Shown one piece after another: positions 9,931-17,957 of a stretch of 64,000 nt of DNA. The notes beneath the pieces were generated by a model. It was not told the DNA's origin. It was given only the letters and a program-made list of their open reading frames with translations, and did no database searches. How positions within the stretch are numbered: position 1 is the stretch's first letter; each line of letters opens with the position of its first letter. Source of the DNA: Nitrosopumilus sp. (GTDB lineage: Archaea > Thermoproteota > Nitrososphaeria > Nitrososphaerales > Nitrosopumilaceae); NCBI GenBank assembly GCA_965206745.1, contig OZ242220.1:1696001-1760000 (forward strand), in the 5' to 3' direction. The position numbers and the translations under genes are program-made.

Positions 9931-11595
9931 TTAGGATGCAGGATTCGAGATTCTCCCCATGAACAGGATCATGCCGCTCTCATCATCCTGTATGACAAAT
10001 AGAAATGGATGATCGGCGATGAATTTGGGTGGGGGCGGAGGTACTGAGGTATACACAGATATAATAGTAGTCACGGCTGCCGCCTCGGTTCCTTCCTCAT
10101 TTACCTTTACATACGCGTCCTGAACAGCCTTGCTCACATACAGATTTCCACCTTCAGTGGATACAATGCCTGACAAATCTGCAACACCACTGATAAAAAC
10201 ATCAGGCATTCCCATTGCAATCAGAGGATCATTTAATTGGTATTTTGTTCTTGTCTCAAATTTTGGCATCGAGACTATTAACTCCTGATTCCACAGGTTA
10301 TCAGTCCACTTTTGTATCTGTTGGGCAGACAGAGACTCTTCAAATTCTCTCATATCCGGATCGTCAGGTAAGATTACCAGCATGGACAGCCTGTCACCCT
10401 TGTACGGCATCTGAAGCACTTTAGCACCGTCTGAATGGGTGTAGTTAAATCCACCTCTCATATTCATAAAATCTGTATTGACACTTTGCGTGTCACCTGT
10501 ATAAAACTCTGATTTTTTTGTATCCTCCTCTGCAAACTGTATCAGCCAGGTTCCCTTGAAATAGATTGCATTGTTTATCACCATTGCTGTGCCTCCGTTT
10601 ACATCATTTTTGCCTATTACCTCGGTAATCTTGTCATTGGTTTTCTCAGCGGCCCAATCATTTATCCTCTTTACACTGTCATTTTCATCTGTAAAGTCCA
10701 CTGTCTGTGAATCTGCAAGATATGAGCTTCGTGTAATATCAAGATAGGATTCGTATGGTGCAAACCAGTCTGCAATCCACAGTGCGTTTGCCATGTTTAG
10801 TGTTGCGTAATCATCATCACGGTTCAACGAGGATAGCGCATGGGCTGTGGCGTTTTGTCGTGCAAATGCGTCTGATTCAAACCCAAAGACATGTGCCATC
10901 TGCTGTGCTGTATTTTCTTTGGCACCCTCGTACAAAAGCGAGAATGCAACATACATGCTGGCAGGTGAATAGAATATGTTTTTGCCTACCTCTGTATCTA
11001 GAATTTGCTTGTAAAAGTCGACTGCAAATTGATTATTTGCAGAGGATATGGATTCTGGGATTCTCTGTGGTCCGTTCTGTGATACGGCATCTACTGTAAC
11101 TAGGGCGTTTGGAGGTGGTGTTTGGCTTGAATCTGCAGGGAGTCGAATGCCTGACTGTGCTGTTCCATTGGAATCCATGTACCATGGAGCAGGCAATGGT
11201 TGAGCCGGTGGAATCATCTCCACATAATATGGAATATCGCCAAATCGTTCCTTCAATCCTGTCATTACATCATTAAACGCATATTCACAATCTTCACATA
11301 TTCCTATGTATAACGTATCTATTCCATCAATGGACGCGATACCTAACATGTGAATAGGTACACCATCAAACACACTTGCAATAGGATCAGTACTAGTACC
11401 AAATAATACATCAGTCATAATATGCTCTGCTTGCAACAATTCATCAGATACCCCAACGCGTTCAATATAGATAGAATCTTCTTCTTCAGGTATCGTTTGT
11501 ACTGTTTGTACCGTTTGTACCATTACTGTCAATCCTATAAACAAGATTGACACCAATACGGCCGTTAAAATTATTATTTTCTTACTAGATACCAA
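9931..11595 (-). CDS. Serpin 2 (extra N-terminal domain; predicted P1-P1' T-S)
   Basis: Same serpin motifs; RCL EEGTEAAAVTTIISVYTSVPPPPP. Confidence 0.97.
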   Translation of the reverse strand: MVSSKKIIILTAVLVSILFIGLTVMVQTVQTVQTIPEEEDSIYIERVGVSDELLQAEHIMTDVLFGTSTDPIASVFDGVPIHMLGIASIDGIDTLYIGICEDCEYAFNDVMTGLKERFGDIPYYVEMIPPAQPLPAPWYMDSNGTAQSGIRLPADSSQTPPPNALVTVDAVSQNGPQRIPESISSANNQFAVDFYKQILDTEVGKNIFYSPASMYVAFSLLYEGAKENTAQQMAHVFGFESDAFARQNATAHALSSLNRDDDYATLNMANALWIADWFAPYESYLDITRSSYLADSQTVDFTDENDSVKRINDWAAEKTNDKITEVIGKNDVNGGTAMVINNAIYFKGTWLIQFAEEDTKKSEFYTGDTQSVNTDFMNMRGGFNYTHSDGAKVLQMPYKGDRLSMLVILPDDPDMREFEESLSAQQIQKWTDNLWNQELIVSMPKFETRTKYQLNDPLIAMGMPDVFISGVADLSGIVSTEGGNLYVSKAVQDAYVKVNEEGTEAAAVTTIISVYTSVPPPPPKFIADHPFLFVIQDDESGMILFMGRISNPAS

Positions 11596-11715
11596 TGCAA
11601 ATCAAACATTCTGAAAATATATAACAATGTCGAATGATTTGACCCTGAAATTTGGGAGTTTTGTCAAGTGTGTTAGACATCAAATATGGATTCTTTGAAT
11701 TCAAACTCTGAGAAT

Positions 11716-11762
11716 GGCTCGGATCATAAATGGTGATCTGATCACTAATCTTGACTAGAACC
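11716..11762. repeat. 47-bp palindromic element (family A)
   Basis: GGCTCGGATCATAAATGGTGATCTGATCACTAATCTTGACTAGAACC. Confidence 0.85.
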
Positions 11763-11867
11763 GAGTGGAACATTGTTTGACCAAGATCATGGATCAGTTA
11801 AATCAAAGCAATGATTCTAGCAGTGAATAATAGATAGCCTTTTTTTCAACCCTTCTAAGGTACTAAC

Positions 11868-12140
11868 ATGAAAAAAATAGTCGTAATTCTCATATGTTTG
11901 ACCATACCAATCCAGATACTCGTGATATCTGGAATAGTTCTAAAGGGTGCTCCTTTCTGTTATATGGGTGCTCCTCCATTACAGGAAGGTATGGCTACAA
12001 CACAGCAATATAGTTTGCAATGCTATTGGGAAATATACGCTTCTGAATCATATTTGCTTTTACCTGTAATCATAGTGACACTGCCTGTAATGTTGACAGT
12101 TTTCCTAATCCATTATGTGAAAAACCGTAGAAGAGTTTGA
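11868..12140 (+). CDS. Small 2-TM protein with Cys-bounded loop (paralog of 15553..15834)
   Basis: Two hydrophobic segments; C-terminus identical to the paralog (VFLIHYVKNRRRV). Confidence 0.75.
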   Translation: MKKIVVILICLTIPIQILVISGIVLKGAPFCYMGAPPLQEGMATTQQYSLQCYWEIYASESYLLLPVIIVTLPVMLTVFLIHYVKNRRRV

Positions 12141-12245
12141 GATTCTTTCCAGTTTTAGTTGATTGGTCATACAGAAATGGATCTTCAAATCATATGAATA
12201 ATTTTATTGCGAAATTATCAGTCAATTATATGCCTGAAGATGACT

Positions 12246-12292
12246 GGGACTCATCACAAACGGTGATCTGATCACTAATATTGACTAGAGCC
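12246..12292. repeat. 47-bp palindromic element (family A)
   Basis: GGGACTCATCACAAACGGTGATCTGATCACTAATATTGACTAGAGCC, 13 nt beyond the serpin 3 stop. Confidence 0.85.
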
Positions 12293-12305
12293 TATCAGTA
12301 TCGAC

Positions 12306-13637
12306 TTAGGATGTAGGATTCGAGATACGTCCCATAAATAGAATCATTCCGCTCTCATCATCCTGTATGACAAATAGAAATGGATGATCGGCGATGAATC
12401 TCGGTAAAGGAGGTGGGGCAGATACGATTGGAGAAACAATAATGGTAGTCACAGCTGCCGCCTCGGTGCCCTCTTCATTTACCTTTACATACGCATCATG
12501 AATTGCCTGGCTTACAAACAGATCTGCAAATCCAATGCCTGACAAATCTGCACCACCACGGGTAAAAACATCAGGCATCCCCATACTAGCTAGGGGACCG
12601 TTTAAAGAATATTTTGTCTTTGTCTCAAATTTTGGCATCGAGACTATTACCTCCTGATTCGACAGGTTATCTGTCCACTTCTGTATCTGCTGGGCAGACA
12701 AGGACTCTTCAAACTGTCTCATATCAGGATCGTCAGGCAAAATTACCAGCATGGACAGCCTGTCACCCTTGTACGGCATCTGAAGTACCTGGGCACCGTC
12801 TGAATGGATGTAGTTAAACGCACTTTTCACATTCATAAAATCTGCATTGACGCTGTCTGTGGAGTTTGTATGAAACTCTGATTTTTTTGTATCCTCCTCT
12901 GCAAACTGTGTCAACCAGGTTCCCTTGAAATAGATTGCATTGTTTATCACCATTACTGTATCTATGTGTACATCACTTTTTCTTATTACCTCGGTAATCT
13001 TGTCATTGGTTTTCTCAGCGGCCCAATCATTTATCCTCTTTACACTGCCATCCTTATCATCTCCAAAGTCCAATGTCTGTGCCCCTGCAAGGTAGGTGCT
13101 GCGTGCAATATCCAGATAGGATTCGTATGGTGCAAACCAGCCTGCCATCCACAGTGCGTTTGCCATTTCTAGTGTTGCATAGTCATCATCACGGTTCAAC
13201 GAGGATAGTGCATGGGCTGTGGTGTTTTGTCGTGCAAATGCATCTGATTCAAACCCAAAGACATCCTCCATCTGCTGCGCTGTGTCTTGTTTGGCACCCT
13301 CGTACAAAAGCGAGAATGCGACATACATGCTGGCAGGTGAGTAGAATATGTTTTTGCCTTTTTCTGCATCCAGAATTTGCTTGTAAAAGTCGACTGCAAA
13401 TTCATTGTTTGTAGAGGATATGGATTCTGGGATTGTCTGTGGTCCGTATTGTGATACGGCATCTACTGTAACTAGGGCATTTGGAGGTGGTGTTTGGCTC
13501 GGGGTAGTAGGAGACGAGGTGTCTGTCTGTGCTGTTTGGCTTGGGGCTGCAGGAGACGAGGTGTCTGTAGAACTAAACAATGCAATTGAGGCTGCAACTA
13601 GTACTGCACATATTGCAACAATGACGAGTTTATTCAC
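12306..13637 (-). CDS. Serpin 3 (predicted P1 I or V)
   Basis: Serpin motifs; RCL EEGTEAAAVTTIIVSPIVSAPPPLP. Confidence 0.97.
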   Translation of the reverse strand: MNKLVIVAICAVLVAASIALFSSTDTSSPAAPSQTAQTDTSSPTTPSQTPPPNALVTVDAVSQYGPQTIPESISSTNNEFAVDFYKQILDAEKGKNIFYSPASMYVAFSLLYEGAKQDTAQQMEDVFGFESDAFARQNTTAHALSSLNRDDDYATLEMANALWMAGWFAPYESYLDIARSTYLAGAQTLDFGDDKDGSVKRINDWAAEKTNDKITEVIRKSDVHIDTVMVINNAIYFKGTWLTQFAEEDTKKSEFHTNSTDSVNADFMNVKSAFNYIHSDGAQVLQMPYKGDRLSMLVILPDDPDMRQFEESLSAQQIQKWTDNLSNQEVIVSMPKFETKTKYSLNGPLASMGMPDVFTRGGADLSGIGFADLFVSQAIHDAYVKVNEEGTEAAAVTTIIVSPIVSAPPPLPRFIADHPFLFVIQDDESGMILFMGRISNPTS

Positions 13638-13719
13638 GATACAATCACGTATGGCTAGCGCTATATATTGTCCCCATCAGAGACTATAACCCAAAATACA
13701 TGAGAGCCTGTAGAAACAG

Positions 13720-13780
13720 GCGAGTGAGACCTCCACTCAATTAAACAATGTACATCTGATCACAGTATTTGACTAGAGCC
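13720..13780. repeat. MITE B end fused to half copy of the 47-bp element
   Basis: GAGTGAGACCTCCACTCAATTAAACAATG-TAC-ATCTGATCACAGTATTTGACTAGAGCC; same junction as 9860-9917. Confidence 0.75.
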
Positions 13781-13793
13781 TATCAGTACCGAC

Positions 13794-15107
13794 TTAGGAT
13801 GTAGGATCCGAAATTCTCCCCATGAATAGGATCATGCCGCTCTCATCATCCTGTATGACAAATAGAAATGGATGATCGGCGATGAAGGAAGGTGGTTGCG
13901 GTTGTTCTGACGTAGATTCAATAAGAAGAGCAGTTACAGCTGCTGCCTCTGTTCCTTCCTCATTTACCTTTACATAAGCACCTTGAGTTGCCTTGCTCAC
14001 AAACAGATTCCCACCTGGAGAAATTCCAATCCCTGTCAAATCCGCATCACCACTAGAAAAAACATCAGGCATTCCCATTGCAATTAGATGATCATTTAAT
14101 TGATAGTTTGTCCTTGTCTCAAATTTTGGCATCGAGACTATTACTTTCTGATTTGACAGATTATCAGTCCATTTCTGTATCTGTTGGGCAGACAGAGACT
14201 CTTCAAACTGTCTCATATCAGGATCGTCAGGCAAAATTACCAGCATGGACAGCCTGTCACCCTTGTACGGCATCTTTAGTACCTTGGCACCGTCTGAATG
14301 AGTGTAGCCAAATATATTTTCTTCATTCATAAAATCTGCATTAACACTGTCTGTGGCATCTGTATGAAACTCTGATTTTTTTGTATCCTCTTCTGCAAAC
14401 TGTATCAACCAGGTTCCCTTGAAATAGATTGCATTGTTTATCACCATTGCTGTATCATTGTTTACAGTGTTAGGTCCTATTATTTTTGGAATCTTGCCAC
14501 GAGTTTTTTCTGCCGCCCAATCATTTATTCTATCTACACTGTCAGTCTCATCTTCAAAGTCCACTGTCTGTGAATCTGCAAGGTATGTGCTTCGTGTAAT
14601 ATCAAGATAGGATTCGTATGGTGCAAACCAGTCTGCAATCCACAGTGCGTTTGCCATTTCTAGTATTGCGTAATCATCATCACGGTTCAACGAGGATAGT
14701 GCATGTGCTGTGGCGTTGTGTCGTGCAAATGCGTCTGATTCAAACCCAAAGACATCCTCTATCTGCTGTGCCGTGTTTTCTTTGGCACCCTCGTACAAAA
14801 GCGAGAATGCAACATACAAGCTGGCAGGGGAATAAAATATGTTTTTGCCTGATTCTTCATCCAGAATTTGCTTGTAAAAGTCGACTGCAAATTGATTGTT
14901 TGCAGAGGATATGGATTCTGGGATTCTCTGTGGTCCGTTCTGTGATACGGCATCTACTGTAACTAGTGCGTTTGGAGGTGCTGTTTGGCTTGGGGTAGCA
15001 GGGGATAGGGTGTCTGTCTGTGGTGTTTGGCTTGAGTCCACATAGTACAATGCAACAGTGGCAACGACTAGTACTGTACATATTGCGACAATGATGCCTT
15101 TGTTCAT
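13794..15107 (-). CDS. Serpin 4 (predicted P1-P1' T-S)
   Basis: Serpin motifs; RCL EEGTEAAAVTALLIESTSEQPQPP. Confidence 0.97.
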   Translation of the reverse strand: MNKGIIVAICTVLVVATVALYYVDSSQTPQTDTLSPATPSQTAPPNALVTVDAVSQNGPQRIPESISSANNQFAVDFYKQILDEESGKNIFYSPASLYVAFSLLYEGAKENTAQQIEDVFGFESDAFARHNATAHALSSLNRDDDYAILEMANALWIADWFAPYESYLDITRSTYLADSQTVDFEDETDSVDRINDWAAEKTRGKIPKIIGPNTVNNDTAMVINNAIYFKGTWLIQFAEEDTKKSEFHTDATDSVNADFMNEENIFGYTHSDGAKVLKMPYKGDRLSMLVILPDDPDMRQFEESLSAQQIQKWTDNLSNQKVIVSMPKFETRTNYQLNDHLIAMGMPDVFSSGDADLTGIGISPGGNLFVSKATQGAYVKVNEEGTEAAAVTALLIESTSEQPQPPSFIADHPFLFVIQDDESGMILFMGRISDPTS

Positions 15108-15204
15108 TAAACGATTACTCCATATGGCTTATGCTCGACATTGTCCCCCATCAGATATGATAACCCAAAAGATGTGTGCTCCTGCAGAAACAAACGAGGC
15201 ATCA

Positions 15205-15372
15205 ATGCAGTTATTATTTTCTTATTAAATATCAATGCAAATCAAGCATTCTGAAAATATATAAGAATGTCGAATGATTTGATCCTGAAGTTTGGGTATA
15301 CTGTTTAGATCACTTGTGGAAGAATTTGAGAACATTTCAATCTGACAAGTGAGACCTCCACTCAATTAACAG
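15205..15372 (-). pseudogene. Orphan 5' end and promoter of a deleted serpin 1/2-type gene
   Basis: Matches 9715-9885 (TTATTATTTTCTTA..CAATGCAAATCAA.CATTCTGAAAATATATAA..ATGTCGAATGATTTGATCCTGAAGTTTGGG...) with no serpin body. Confidence 0.7.
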
Positions 15373-15418
15373 AGCCTTGAAAAGATATATGTAAATATTT
15401 TCAAAAAAGAAGATAGCC

Positions 15419-15556
15419 ATGCCAAAGTTCTCGAGCCAACTTGAAGCATTAGAAATTCTAAGCGATGCTGAACTGATCAATGAATTAACACAGAGTAGTA
15501 AAGAAGCTAAAAAAGGCAGGACAGTGCCATGGAAGGAAGTAAAGATTTCTGCATGA
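15419..15556 (+). CDS. Orphan RelB/Phd-type antitoxin-like protein, 45 aa
   Basis: MPKFSSQLEALEILSDAELINELTQSSKEAKKGRTVPWKEVKISA*; the LEILSD...GR..PW.EVK pattern is typical of type II antitoxin C-termini. ATGA overlap with the next gene. Confidence 0.6.
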   Translation: MPKFSSQLEALEILSDAELINELTQSSKEAKKGRTVPWKEVKISA

Positions 15557-15834
15557 AAAATATAGGCGAAATTCTCATATGTTTAACCATACCACTCCAG
15601 ATATCCCTGATGCCGGGAATAATTCTAAGTGATGGTCCTTTCTGTTATTATGGCAGTCTTCCATCTCCATTTCCAGAGCTTTACAATATTCCCTCTGTCG
15701 AAGTTACTCTATGTTCTTGGGAAATAAGTGCCTTTTTTGAATCATATTCGGTTTTACCTGTAACTATAATAACACTGCCTGTAATGTTGGCAGTTTTCCT
15801 AATTCATTATGTGAAAAACCGTAGAAGAGTTTGA
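15553..15834 (+). CDS. Small 2-TM protein with Cys-bounded loop (paralog of 11868..12140)
   Basis: Start MKNIGEILICLTIP aligns with the paralog start. Confidence 0.75.
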   Translation: MKNIGEILICLTIPLQISLMPGIILSDGPFCYYGSLPSPFPELYNIPSVEVTLCSWEISAFFESYSVLPVTIITLPVMLAVFLIHYVKNRRRV

Positions 15835-15936
15835 GATTCTTTCCAGTCTTAGTTGATTTGTCATACAAAAATGGATCTTCAAATCATATGAATAATTTTA
15901 TTGTAAGATTACTGATCAGTGATGTGCCTGAACTGA

Positions 15937-15980
15937 AGCTCTGACAAATGGTGATCAGATCGCTGTATTTGACCAGAGCC
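15937..15980. repeat. 47-bp palindromic element (family A), 3-bp deletion
   Basis: AGCTCTGACAAATGGTGATCAGATCGCTGTATTTGACCAGAGCC, 13 nt beyond the serpin 5 stop. Confidence 0.85.
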
Positions 15981-15993
15981 TATCAGTACCGAC

Positions 15994-17589
15994 TTAGGAT
16001 GTAGGATTTGAGATTCGTCCCATGAATAGGATCATGCCGCTCTCATCATCCTGTATGACAAATAGAAATGGATGATCGGCGATGAATTTAGGTGGGGGTG
16101 GGGGGGCAGGTGATAATGAATCAGTTGTAACAATAACAGTAGTTACAGCTGCTGCCTCTGTTCCCTCTTCGTTTATCTTTACATACGCATCTTGCATTGC
16201 TTGGCTTACATACAAGTTTACAACTTCAGTGGACGCAATCCCTGACAAATCTGCAACACGACTAGAAAAAACATCAGGCATCCCCATACTAATTAGTGGA
16301 TTGTTTAAAGAATATTTTGTCTTTGTCTCAAATTTCGGAATCGAGACTATTACCTCCTGATCCCACAGGTTATCAGTCCACTTTTGTATCTGTTGGACAG
16401 ACAATGACTCTTCAAACTGTCTCATGTCAGGATCGTCAGGCAAAATTACCAGCATGGACAGCCTGTCGCCCTTGTACGGCATCTGAAGCACTTGGGCACC
16501 GTCTGAATGGGTGTAGTTAAACGCACTTCTCACATTCATAAAATCTGCATTGATGCCGTGTATGGAATTTGTATGAAACTCTGATTCCCTTGTATCCTCC
16601 TCTGCAAATTGTGTCAACCAAGTTCCCTTGAAATAGATTGCATTGTTTAGCACCATCGCTGTATCTGCGTTTACAGCTTCAGGTCCTATTATTTTTGGAA
16701 TCTTGTCACGAGTTTTTTCTGCCGCCCAATCATTTATTCTATTTACACTGTCATCCTCATCTGTAAAGTCCACTGTCTGTGCATCTGCAAGATATGAGCT
16801 TCGTGTAATATCAAGATAGGATTCGTATGGTGCAAACCAGTTCGCAATCCACAGTGCGTTTGCCATTTCTAGTGTTGTGTAATCATCATCACGGTTCAAC
16901 GAGGATAGTGCATGGGCTGTGGCGTTTTGTCGTGCAAATGCGTCTGATTCAAACCCAAAGACATCCTCCATCTGCTGTGCCGTGTTTTCTTTGGCACCCT
17001 CGTACAAAAGCGAGAATGCGACATACATGCTGGCAGGTGAGTAGAATATGTTTTTGCCTTTTTCTGCATCCAGAATTTGCTTGTAAAAGTCGACTGCAAA
17101 TTGATTGTTTGCAGAGGATGTGGATTCTGGGATTCTCTGTGGTCCGTTCTGTGATACGGCATCTACTGTAACTAGGGCGTTTGGAGGTGCTGTTTGGCTT
17201 GGGGTAGTAGGAGACGAGGTGTCTGTCTGTGGTGTTTGGCTTGGGGTAGTAGGAGACGAGGTGTCTGTCTGGGGTGTTTGGCTTGGGGCAGTAGGAGACG
17301 AGGTGTCTGTCTGTGGTGTTTGGCTTGGGGTAGTAGGAGACGAGGTGTCTGTCTGTGGTGTTTGGCTTGGGGTAGTAGGAGACGAGGTGTCTGTCTGGGG
17401 TGTTTGGCTTGGGGCAGTAGGAGACGAGGTGTCTGTCTGTGGTGTTTGGCTTGGGGTAGTAGGAGACGAGGTGTCTGTCTGGGGTGTTTGGCTTGGGGCA
17501 GTAGGAGACGAGGTGTCTGTAGAACTAAACAATGCAATCGAGGCTACAACTAGTACCGCACATATTGCGACAATGACTAGTTTATTCAC
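15994..17589 (-). CDS. Serpin 5 with long Ser/Thr/Pro stalk (predicted P1-P1' D-S)
   Basis: Serpin motifs; RCL EEGTEAAAVTTVIVTTDSLSPAPPPPP. Confidence 0.97.
   Translation of the reverse strand: MNKLVIVAICAVLVVASIALFSSTDTSSPTAPSQTPQTDTSSPTTPSQTPQTDTSSPTAPSQTPQTDTSSPTTPSQTPQTDTSSPTTPSQTPQTDTSSPTAPSQTPQTDTSSPTTPSQTPQTDTSSPTTPSQTAPPNALVTVDAVSQNGPQRIPESTSSANNQFAVDFYKQILDAEKGKNIFYSPASMYVAFSLLYEGAKENTAQQMEDVFGFESDAFARQNATAHALSSLNRDDDYTTLEMANALWIANWFAPYESYLDITRSSYLADAQTVDFTDEDDSVNRINDWAAEKTRDKIPKIIGPEAVNADTAMVLNNAIYFKGTWLTQFAEEDTRESEFHTNSIHGINADFMNVRSAFNYTHSDGAQVLQMPYKGDRLSMLVILPDDPDMRQFEESLSVQQIQKWTDNLWDQEVIVSIPKFETKTKYSLNNPLISMGMPDVFSSRVADLSGIASTEVVNLYVSQAMQDAYVKINEEGTEAAAVTTVIVTTDSLSPAPPPPPKFIADHPFLFVIQDDESGMILFMGRISNPTS
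17190..17520. repeat. Coding 39-bp VNTR, about 8.5 copies (QTDTSSPTT/APSQTP)
   Basis: Tandem GGTGTTTGGCTTGGGGTAGTAGGAGACGAGGTGTCTGTC units with no spacers. Confidence 0.95.
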
Positions 17590-17669
17590 GATACAATCAC
17601 GTATGGCTCGCGCTATATATTGTCCCCATCAGATACTATAACCCAAAAGACATGGGAGCCTACAGAAAC

Positions 17670-17702
17670 AGACGAGTAAAACCCCCATTCAATTAAACAA
17701 TG
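17670..17702. mobile_element. MITE family B terminal fragment
   Basis: GACGAGTAAAACCCCCATTCAATTAAACAATG. Confidence 0.65.
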
Positions 17703-17707
17703 CAAAG

Positions 17708-17932
17708 ATTACAAAAAACTTAAAGCAATGTATGAGAAGATGAAGTCTGATGGCAGAATCCCCTGATACCAGACCGCCTCTGGAACCGACTATAACTTAC
17801 TATGACGAAAAGTTCCACCCTGTCGAAAAACGTGAGGATGCTGCTTGGGAGAGAAAACTTGTCAGAGATGAGGAAGACGGCGAATTGGCCTTTGAGACTC
17901 TGCGAATCGATATGGAATTTAACGAATAATTC
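17708..17932 (+). repeat. 225-bp direct repeat, copy 2
   Basis: Homologous to 3190-3414. Confidence 0.95.
17750..17929 (+). CDS. Small acidic protein, 59 aa, copy 2
   Basis: MAESPDTRPPLEPTITYYDEKFHPVEKREDAAWERKLVRDEEDGELAFETLRIDMEFNE*. Confidence 0.7.
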   Translation: MAESPDTRPPLEPTITYYDEKFHPVEKREDAAWERKLVRDEEDGELAFETLRIDMEFNE

Positions 17933-17957
17933 CCAAGACACAGAATATTTCCACACA

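Noticed and set aside
17190-17520. Possible CRISPR array (39-bp periodicity)
   Set aside because: Units are contiguous with no unique spacers, lie in frame inside serpin 5, and no cas genes are present.
8014-17589. Diversity-generating retroelement acting on serpin loops
   Set aside because: No reverse transcriptase or non-coding template repeat in the window; loop differences include indels and are not adenine-restricted.
3190-17932. 225-bp repeats as attL/attR of an integrated element
   Set aside because: No tRNA or integrase is adjacent, and the repeats are coding with codon-patterned divergence.
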